Source: a bacterium (GTDB lineage Bacteria > Zhuqueibacterota > Zhuqueibacteria > Oceanimicrobiales > Oceanimicrobiaceae). From it: 10,348 bases of DNA. This document shows positions 1 through 5,944 of the stretch, one piece after another. Positions within the stretch are counted from its first letter, which is position 1, and the number at the start of each line of letters is the position of its first letter. Both the position numbers and the translations under genes were made by a program. The stretch spans positions 1 through 10,348 of the forward strand of contig JBHHXN010000184.1 of assembly GCA_046757025.1 (NCBI GenBank), given 5' to 3'. The notes beneath the pieces are model-generated. The model made no database searches, was not told the origin of the DNA, and saw only the letters and a program-made list of their open reading frames with translations.

Positions 1-150
1 AACGGAAACTCGAGAAATGCGCGATTTAAGAGCCTCTTCGCGAAGGCGTCCCTTCGACAAGGCTCAGGACAGGCCTCGCCGAGCCAGGCAGGAATTCACC
101 CTCGGCCAGGAGACCTTTGGGAAGATCAGGTCGTTTTCGTTCAGACATTA
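1..150. mobile_element. Putative MITE-like miniature element, left end cut by the window edge
   Basis: Bases 1-9 (AACGGAAAC) match the reverse complement of 133-141 (GTTTTCGTT -> AACGAAAAC) at 8/9. The right end continues CAGACATTA into TTAATTAA (148-155). The interior is GC-rich and palindromic (TTCGCGAA 37-44; GCCGAG 78-83 / CTCGGC 101-106), unlike the AT-rich DNA that follows. No transposase is visible in the window. Confidence 0.4.
50..73. repeat. REP-like short interspersed palindromic repeat (CCCTTCGACAAGGCTCAGGACAGG)
   Basis: The reverse complement CCTGTCCTGAGCCTTGTCGAAGGG resembles the widespread CTGAGCxTGTCGAAGG REP-like family that reads as PELVEG/LSLSK-type peptides (recognised from memory). 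Only one copy is in the window. Confidence 0.6.
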
Positions 151-153
151 ATT

Positions 154-254
154 AAGAATTGTCAGCAAAAAATATGCCGCATAATATGTGCGAATCCGCC
201 ATTGAATATCATTGAGAGGCATTCAACACCGAAATTCTTTCTGACACGTACCTT
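154..254. repeat. Second small element bounded by inverted repeats (possible degenerate MITE)
   Basis: TGTCAGCAAAAA (160-171) matches the reverse complement of TTCTTTCTGACA (235-246) at 10/12. Internal hairpins occur at 178-192 and at TTGAAT 202-207 / ATTCAA 221-226. Confidence 0.3.
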
Positions 255-560
255 GAAAATATTTCACTAATGATGAAAATATTACGCATAGATTTCATTC
301 TTCGATTCAATTGGAATTAATGATTCTCAGTTTTTTACCTGTGTTAAAATACTCATTGTGACCAAAAAGATTAATAAAAATTTCAATACTGAAATACTAA
401 AATGTAATAAAAATCGGTCAGGAGTATCTTAAAATTAAAAAGCTTATCAACCATTATCTTTTTATTGAAGTCAAATTGAAATTCTCTTTCACTTTAAATG
501 TCAATGAAATCATTTACATGAAGCGGTACGAACATAACTATTTCAAGGTAACGGTGGATT

Positions 561-576
561 TGGCACAAGCTTTGCG
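561..576 (+). promoter_or_regulatory. sigma54 (RpoN) -24/-12 promoter
   Basis: TGGCACAAGCTTTGCG matches TGGCAC-N5-TTGC, with GG at 562-563 and GC at 574-575 (exact GG-N10-GC spacing). The predicted TSS is near 586-588, about 33 nt before ATG 620. The upstream DNA is very AT-rich (361-420 has 12/60 G+C). Confidence 0.8.
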
Positions 577-619
577 AAGAGGAAAATTAATTTTGAGTTT
601 TAATCGAATAATTAAAAGT

Positions 620-937
620 ATGATGCGTTTAAAATTATTTTTCTTTTGTTCTGGCTTGATTTTTTCAATCATTCTCCTCGTCCGGTGCAGCGGCCCGTTT
701 CCTTCGATCTCAAAATCTGGGTTACCTTCCGATCACACCGAAAAAATAAAAGGTGTCCTTCACAAAAAAGGATTTAAATATCCATACAAAACAAATAGCG
801 GTTGTTCCGATTCGAAATGTCATCAAGATGATCTCGATGGCGGTGTCGCAGAAGTCGATGGGAAAATCACTATCTCTCCATCTTGCTTCCAGTGCCATGA
901 GACCTTGTGGGAAGATGACATTGATGAGGAAAATTGA
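620..937 (+). CDS. Small di-heme c-type cytochrome, probable lipoprotein (CxxxxCH...CxxCH type), 105 aa
   Basis: Start moved from 476 to ATG 620 (or 623), downstream of the sigma54 promoter and at the beginning of a hydrophobic signal MMRLKLFFFCSGLIFSIILLVR-C (atypical lipobox). Heme motifs are CSDSKCH (803-823) and CFQCH (884-898). Two further His (SDHT, VLHK) are candidate distal ligands. Acidic tail. Confidence 0.8.
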   Translation: MMRLKLFFFCSGLIFSIILLVRCSGPFPSISKSGLPSDHTEKIKGVLHKKGFKYPYKTNSGCSDSKCHQDDLDGGVAEVDGKITISPSCFQCHETLWEDDIDEEN

Positions 938-970
938 ATTTTTAGAAAGAAGAACTTTTACATCTTAAAT

Positions 971-978
971 AAGGAGGT
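971..978 (+). promoter_or_regulatory. Shine-Dalgarno site for the TlpA-like gene
   Basis: AAGGAGGT lies 5 nt upstream of GTG 984. Confidence 0.8.
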
Positions 979-983
979 TTAAA

Positions 984-1481
984 GTGAATAGATTTCTAAT
1001 TGGATTGCTATTGTTCGTTTCTGTGGGAGCTCTGGTGCAAGCCCGGGAAAATTTGACCAGGGCTAAGGACTTCAAAGGCTTAACTGTTACGGGTGATAAA
1101 ATAAATCTTTCCGATTATAAAGGTCAGGTGGTTATTCTCGATTTCTGGGCGAGCTGGTGCAAGCCCTGCCAGAAAGAATTCCCGTTTCTCATCGAGTTGT
1201 ATAATACATACTATAAAAAGGGATTGACGGTGATCACGGTTAATTTGGATGAAAACCCGGTGAACATGAAAAAATTTCTGTCAAAGCTTAAGGCTAAAGT
1301 CCTGTTTCCGCTAATTGTGGACAAAGAGGGAAAGATACCCGCCATGTACAAAGTAGAGGCCATGCCCACGACGCTTTTTATCGACAAGCGCGGAATGATT
1401 CGCAGCCGGCACACCGGCTTCAAAGATTCACACAAGCCGATATATCACAAAGAATTACAATTGTTACTGGCAGAGAAATAA
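984..1481 (+). CDS. TlpA/ResA-family periplasmic thiol:disulfide oxidoreductase (thioredoxin fold), 165 aa
   Basis: Signal peptide (…GALVQA|RE), LSDYKGQVVILDFWASWCKPC active site, cis-Pro loop AMPTTLFID, strong RBS. Confidence 0.93.
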   Translation: MNRFLIGLLLFVSVGALVQARENLTRAKDFKGLTVTGDKINLSDYKGQVVILDFWASWCKPCQKEFPFLIELYNTYYKKGLTVITVNLDENPVNMKKFLSKLKAKVLFPLIVDKEGKIPAMYKVEAMPTTLFIDKRGMIRSRHTGFKDSHKPIYHKELQLLLAEK

Positions 1482-1495
1482 CGGAGAAATTGTCG

Positions 1496-1708
1496 ATGAA
1501 ATTAAAACATCTCATTTGGTTGTTTCTGGTGTTGGTTCTGTCAAGCTGTGCCACTGTCCAACCCTGGGAAAGGGGAGGGCTGTCTGATCCCATCATGATT
1601 TTTGACGAGAACCCCCTGGACGCCGGCATTAACGAACATCATATCGATTATCGTGAAGGATCGGTGGGCGGCACTGGCGCACAAAGCGGAGGTTGCGGTT
1701 GTGGTTAA
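1496..1708 (+). CDS. DUF4266-family small lipoprotein, 70 aa
   Basis: GGAG at 1483-1486 precedes ATG 1496. Lipobox LSS-C, then ATVQPWERG.L.DPIM, REGS.GG and a C-terminal GGCGCG (CxC), all hallmarks of DUF4266. It sits between a TlpA-like gene and DUF3570, as expected. Confidence 0.88.
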   Translation: MKLKHLIWLFLVLVLSSCATVQPWERGGLSDPIMIFDENPLDAGINEHHIDYREGSVGGTGAQSGGCGCG

Positions 1709-2849
1709 GTCGATTCAATTGCTCATATCAATTTGTTTTTTTGCTGCGACCGCAACCTTTTCACAGGATTTACCTGAAAGTGAATTGCAGGTTAACTTGA
1801 ATTCGTATTTCGACAGTTTTAATGTCGAGATTGTGTATCCCAGTATTTCGTTGACCAAAAAATTGTCGGAAACGACTTCGGTCAACGCGCGCTATCTGGT
1901 GGATGTCATCAGTGCGGCATCCATGAAAAGCCATTTCACAGTGGACGGTGTCACCTCAGCCACTGAAAAGGAAGACGGCGGCGGAGATAATTCACCGGAC
2001 GAAGTACGCCATGAAATCGGCGGCGGATTTACCCAGGCGATAAAAGACGGTGTTCTTTCAGTCAACTACCTGTTAAGTAAAGAACACGATTATCGTTCTA
2101 CAACCCTGGCTGGAACGTATTCACAACCGTTTGCCAGAAAGAATACGGTGCTGCAGATGGGAGTGGTGCGCAGCTGGGATAAAGTTTTCCCACAAATCCG
2201 CGACTGGGAGAAAGAGAAAGACTCCTACACATTCAGTTTGAATCTCACACAAGTATTGAGCAAGCGGTTGATTTCGCAAGCGATTTTTTCTTACAACTAT
2301 TCGAAAGGATTGCTTTCGGATCCGTATCAAATCGTACAAATTATTCAAAATGATGCGGTTGCCAATTATGAGCCGGTGCATCCGGATAAACGCATTCGCA
2401 AAGCCGTGGGTTTGCGGATGAACTACCAGGTAGATCGCAAGTCAGCTCTACAAATCGGCGTGCGTTATTACTGGGATGACTGGGAGGTCAAATCGTTTAC
2501 CACCTCGTTCAATTTTCAACAGCATTACAACGATTTTGTCACCGTTGGGCTCGGCTTTCGAAATTATGTCCAGGGCAGCGCTTTTTTCTTCAAAGAAAAT
2601 TATTTGGCGCCGGAAGAATTCATGACAGTGGATAGTAAATTGGACGAATTGTATTCCAATGAATATCAATTGAAGTTGAGTTTAAACGGCGGGCATTTCA
2701 AGGGCGTGCCATTTTTATCCAATGAGAAGGTGCAATTGAACTTGCGAGTTAATTTTTACCATCGGCACACCTCTACGCCCAATTGGCACAGCCGCACCAA
2801 AGACCTGTACGCGTACATTCTCAGCTTCGGCGCGCGCTATCGTTTTTAA
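1701..2849 (+). CDS. DUF3570-family outer-membrane beta-barrel protein, candidate ApbE flavinylation substrate, 382 aa
   Basis: Start moved to GTG 1701 (GGAGG at 1688-1692; signal peptide MVKSIQLLISICFFAATATFS|QD). Alternating amphipathic strands, family-like segments (SKEHDYRS, GLLSDPY, RYYWDDWEVKS) and a C-terminal beta-signal GARYRF. Motifs VDVISAAS and VDGVTSAT. Confidence 0.85.
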   Translation: MVKSIQLLISICFFAATATFSQDLPESELQVNLNSYFDSFNVEIVYPSISLTKKLSETTSVNARYLVDVISAASMKSHFTVDGVTSATEKEDGGGDNSPDEVRHEIGGGFTQAIKDGVLSVNYLLSKEHDYRSTTLAGTYSQPFARKNTVLQMGVVRSWDKVFPQIRDWEKEKDSYTFSLNLTQVLSKRLISQAIFSYNYSKGLLSDPYQIVQIIQNDAVANYEPVHPDKRIRKAVGLRMNYQVDRKSALQIGVRYYWDDWEVKSFTTSFNFQQHYNDFVTVGLGFRNYVQGSAFFFKENYLAPEEFMTVDSKLDELYSNEYQLKLSLNGGHFKGVPFLSNEKVQLNLRVNFYHRHTSTPNWHSRTKDLYAYILSFGARYRF

Positions 2850-2884
2850 AGGCAAATAGATTTAAATTGAAAAAGGAATCGAAC

Positions 2885-3568
2885 ATGAAACGTAGAGAAT
2901 TCTTAAAAAACTGTTCGCTGGTTTTAACTGGCCTGGCAGTGACCAAAGGTGTTGGCATGCAGCGGAATTGGCTTTTTGCGAAAGAATCGGGATGGGATTT
3001 TTCGCTTGATTTGCTCACAGATGATCCCGTGCGCGCAGTGGCTAAATTAACAGATCTGCTCAGAACATTCGACTGCAATTTAGATGAAATCAAATACACG
3101 GAATACACTCTTCCCGGTCAGCAAATTGGCGACTTGGTGCTCATCAAAAACGAGCAACTGATCAATTTTAGAAAAAGCCCGGATGCCCTGTCAAAACAAT
3201 TACTGGAAATTGCAAATGAGCTTGGGCTGCCCCGAGCTATGGAAAATCCGACCCTGGTCAGATTCTCCAACAAGCGCAGCGAACGTGCTTCCACGGAGGT
3301 TCACATCTTTCACAAAAATCGTCTGATCGAAAAAATCTCCGTGGCTGCCCATCAGCCGTCCCTTCAAATTAAAGGCACCAAAGGAGAGCTTACGGTGGCA
3401 ATTGAAAGTGCTGAAGTGAGAATCACCCATGCTTCCTGCAAGCACAAGACCTGTGTGAAAATGGGTCGGATCGAGCAGTCCGGGCAAAATCTGGTGTGCG
3501 TACCCAATGAAATTCGTATTGCCATCGCTGGCGAAAATGCTCTGGGAGTCGATAGTGTGGCTTATTAA
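2885..3568 (+). CDS. Tat-exported protein with a C-terminal NusG domain II (Lin0431/DUF1312-like), 227 aa
   Basis: AAGGAA precedes ATG 2885. Twin-arginine signal MKRREFLKNCSLVLTGLAV. The C-terminal GELTVAIESAEVRITHASCKHKTCVKMGRIEQSGQNLVCVPNEIRIAI matches the NusG-II pattern SxCPxKxCVxxGxIxxxGxxIVCxPN. Confidence 0.85.
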   Translation: MKRREFLKNCSLVLTGLAVTKGVGMQRNWLFAKESGWDFSLDLLTDDPVRAVAKLTDLLRTFDCNLDEIKYTEYTLPGQQIGDLVLIKNEQLINFRKSPDALSKQLLEIANELGLPRAMENPTLVRFSNKRSERASTEVHIFHKNRLIEKISVAAHQPSLQIKGTKGELTVAIESAEVRITHASCKHKTCVKMGRIEQSGQNLVCVPNEIRIAIAGENALGVDSVAY

Positions 3569-4580
3569 ATTGACCGGCGCGACCCTGTTTTTTAGCTTGT
3601 GCTTTTCAAATATCAACTATGCCGGCGACAAAGGTCCGGCATTTGAAATTTCAACGACCAAATATTTATTAGGGACGGAGGTTGAAATTACTGTAGTACA
3701 TGCCGATATCCAGAAAGCAAAAGTCGCCAGTTACCATGCCTACAAAGAAATCGAGCGCATAGAAGCCCTGCTGAGCTCGCACGATGAGCAAAGCGAAATC
3801 TCATACATCAATCACAACGGCTGGAAGGCGCCGGTCAAAGTCAGTTACGAGACGTTCGCCATTCTGCAAAGAGCCATTGCTTACTCGGAAAAGTTCTTCG
3901 GATTGTTCGACGTGACCATCGGGCCGTTGAGTGAGCTGTGGGGCTTCAATGGCGATCAAGAAATTAAATTGCCACTCAAAGACGAGCTGCAATCGCGGCA
4001 GGCTCTGGTGGATTTTCACCTGATTTCATTCGATGTTCAGGATACCACTGTTTTCCTGGCAAAAAAAGGAATGCGCATTGATTTAGGCGGCATTGCGAAG
4101 GGATACGCGGTGGACCGAGCAGCCGTGGTTTTGAAGAACGACGGTGTGAAAAAGTTTTTAATTAATGCTGGCGGCGATATTTATGCCTGTGGCTGGAAAA
4201 ATGCCAAATCCAAATGGCAGGTGGGATTGCAGCATCCGAGAAAGCGCCAGAAGTTGTTAGCCAGGTTCGAGTTAAGCGATTTCGCGGTGGCCACCAGCGG
4301 CGATTACGAACGATTTGTTGAAATCGACGGTCGGCGTTATCATCACATCCTGAATCCAGAAACCGGCGTCCCTGGAGACTTGAGCCAGAGTGTCACGGTG
4401 TTTGCCCCCACGGTCGAAGAAGCGGATGTGTGGGCTACGTTTTTGTTTCTATACGGGAAAAATGACAAATCACCTCTGCCAAATCCGCACAAAATTAAAT
4501 CGCTTCTGGTGCATTCTGACGGGCAAATCGATTGCGATGACTCATTAAAATCAGAGTTCGGGTTGCAATTTCTCAATTAA
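3555..4580 (+). CDS. apbE: FAD:protein FMN transferase (flavin transferase ApbE), about 341 aa
   Basis: Motifs LGTEVEI, SEISYIN, FDVTIGPL..LWGF, IDLGGIAKGYAVD, INAGGDI, VATSGDYER, YHHILNPETG, ADVWAT. The likely start is GTG 3555 (GGGAG at 3544-3548, followed by a signal peptide); ATG 3537 and 3507 are alternatives. Confidence 0.96.
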   Translation: MWLIKLTGATLFFSLCFSNINYAGDKGPAFEISTTKYLLGTEVEITVVHADIQKAKVASYHAYKEIERIEALLSSHDEQSEISYINHNGWKAPVKVSYETFAILQRAIAYSEKFFGLFDVTIGPLSELWGFNGDQEIKLPLKDELQSRQALVDFHLISFDVQDTTVFLAKKGMRIDLGGIAKGYAVDRAAVVLKNDGVKKFLINAGGDIYACGWKNAKSKWQVGLQHPRKRQKLLARFELSDFAVATSGDYERFVEIDGRRYHHILNPETGVPGDLSQSVTVFAPTVEEADVWATFLFLYGKNDKSPLPNPHKIKSLLVHSDGQIDCDDSLKSEFGLQFLN

Positions 4581-4664
4581 TTGTTTATGTTCTTTTTTTA
4601 TTCGGCGAAAATTAACCGCCTTTGAGTCGATTATCCAGATTCATCATTTTCATCGTTGTTGACC

Positions 4665-4688
4665 AATCGCTGCCGGTCTGCGATTTTT
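4665..4688 (+). terminator. Possible weak intrinsic terminator after apbE
   Basis: AATCGC (4665-4670) / GCGATT (4680-4685) stem running into a T tract. The stem is short. Confidence 0.3.
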
Positions 4689-4821
4689 ATGAGTCTTATT
4701 TGTTTGCAGACTGAGATGCGAAAATAGGTACCCTTCACACAACCTAGCTGTTCGAACTAGAAACGGGAACTTCGATTGCAAAAAGAAACTAAATGCGGTC
4801 AGCATTAAAAAAAAGGAAACC

Positions 4822-5832
4822 ATGGTCATGTACGAGCTAATCGTGATTGGCGCCGGTCCCGCGGGTATCAGTATGGCGGTTGAAGCACGTCAGGCTGGCA
4901 TTCCTGCCGACAAAATATTAATCCTCGAAAAGTCCGAAGAACACTCATGGACCATTCGCAAATTGTATCCTGAAGGCAAACCGGTGGCGGCAAATTACAA
5001 GGGACAGAATGCCCTTTGTCATGGCGTGATGTGCATCCCGGACTTGAGTAAAGAGGAAACCCTGTCCTATCTCGACCGGGCCATTCAAGAAAATGCCTTG
5101 CATGTTCATTACAAAGAAGGCGTAAATGCCATTCAACAACTCAAAACGGGCGGCTTTAAAATTGTCACAGAGCAGTGCACCCACCCCACAAAAGTGTGCG
5201 TTATCGCCATCGGTATTTTCGGTAAACCGAATAAGCCGGATTATCCATTACCGCGTTCTCTCAAATCAAGAATTCATTTTGATGTGACTTCGGTTACCAT
5301 TGAAAATTCGCGCGTACTGGTGGTGGGCGGTGGAGATTCCGCATCCGAATACGTGCAGTACTTGTGTGAGCGAAACAATGAGATCACCCTTTCCTATCGC
5401 AGGGATGATTTTTGGCGTATGAATGAAATCAATAAAAAAAGTTTACTCGCACTTGAAAAAACGGAAGCCGTGGAAGTCATGCGCAGCAGCACCGTCATCA
5501 AAGTTGTCGAAGAAGACGGCAAACCCAAAGTGACTTTAGCAAAAAGGGAACAGTACGAACGTGTCTTCGATCATCTGGTTTATGCTTTGGGCGGTACTAC
5601 CCCACAGAATTTTTTACGAAGCATCGGCATCGACTTTGAAGGAGAGGTGCCCACTGTCAAAGATGGGTACGAGACGAATATTCCGGGTTTATTTTTGATT
5701 GGAGATTTAACCGCCGGTCGCAAAGGCGGATCGATCATTTCTGCGTTCAACTCATCCCGCTCCGCCATGGTGCGCATTTGTGACAATTATCTTGCATGCA
5801 CGGTGCCTATGGTTCCCACACATCAGAGTTAA
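4822..5832 (+). CDS. NAD(P)/FAD-dependent oxidoreductase, thioredoxin-reductase fold without CxxC; FqrB-like (flavodoxin/ferredoxin:NADP+ reductase type), 336 aa
   Basis: FAD motif VIGAGPAG, NADPH motif VVGGGDSA...SYRR, C-terminal ETNIPGLFLIGD, no redox CxxC. Segments EKSEEHS.TIRKLYPEGK, SKEETL, AIG..GKPNKP.Y.LP and LVYALGGTTP..FL resemble Helicobacter/Campylobacter FqrB as recalled. AAGGAA RBS; no signal peptide. Confidence 0.85.
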   Translation: MVMYELIVIGAGPAGISMAVEARQAGIPADKILILEKSEEHSWTIRKLYPEGKPVAANYKGQNALCHGVMCIPDLSKEETLSYLDRAIQENALHVHYKEGVNAIQQLKTGGFKIVTEQCTHPTKVCVIAIGIFGKPNKPDYPLPRSLKSRIHFDVTSVTIENSRVLVVGGGDSASEYVQYLCERNNEITLSYRRDDFWRMNEINKKSLLALEKTEAVEVMRSSTVIKVVEEDGKPKVTLAKREQYERVFDHLVYALGGTTPQNFLRSIGIDFEGEVPTVKDGYETNIPGLFLIGDLTAGRKGGSIISAFNSSRSAMVRICDNYLACTVPMVPTHQS

Positions 5833-5874
5833 TCAACATACATTGCAATTTATCTTAAAATATTTTTCTTTAAG

Positions 5875-5910
5875 AAAAAGGGGCAGGTATTAAATACCCG
5901 CCCCTTTTTT
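5875..5910. terminator. Bidirectional rho-independent terminator between convergent genes
   Basis: AAAAA-GGGGCAGGTAT-TAA-ATACCCGCCCC-TTTTTT: an 11-bp stem with one mismatch (a G-U wobble on the minus-strand RNA), flanked by A and T tracts. Confidence 0.9.
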
Positions 5911-5944
5911 GCATGGAGGCTAAATTTTGGGTCAAAAGGAAAGA

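Noticed and set aside
26..148. 40-aa minus-strand ORF MSERKRPDLPKGLLAEGEFLPGSARPVLSLVEGTPSRRGS
   Set aside because: No SD; it lies entirely within the repeat-like element and includes the REP-derived peptide.
1..270. Stop-free + frame 1 as the 3' end of an upstream gene
   Set aside because: The translation runs through two repeat-like elements and a sharp GC shift and resembles no family I know. It cannot be fully excluded without upstream sequence.
476..619. 48-codon N-terminal extension of the cytochrome ORF (TTG start at 476)
   Set aside because: It spans the sigma54 promoter, has no RBS and would bury the signal peptide. ATG 620/623 fits better.
1602..1700. N-terminal extension of the DUF3570 ORF
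   Set aside because: It overlaps the DUF4266 CDS. The SD, GTG 1701 and signal peptide define the real start.
2783..2884. N-terminal extension of the NusG-II ORF
   Set aside because: It overlaps the end of DUF3570. The Tat signal and RBS begin at ATG 2885.
3573..3584. TGAT flavinylation-like motif in ApbE
   Set aside because: It lies in the predicted signal peptide and lacks the upstream Asp; probably chance.
4581..4821. Riboswitch (e.g. FMN) or ncRNA in the apbE-reductase spacer
   Set aside because: No FMN-riboswitch consensus (AGGGCGGGG…AAxTCCCxACCGGCGGT) or other recognisable conserved RNA motif; only short hairpins.
753..5786. Short alternative-frame or antisense ORFs (753-968, 1211-1435, 1420-1629, 2121-2381, 2448-2669, 2821-3108, 3200-3616, 3801-4019, 4343-4576, 4945-5184, 5580-5786)
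   Set aside because: All lie largely within well-supported genes and show no motifs or convincing RBS.
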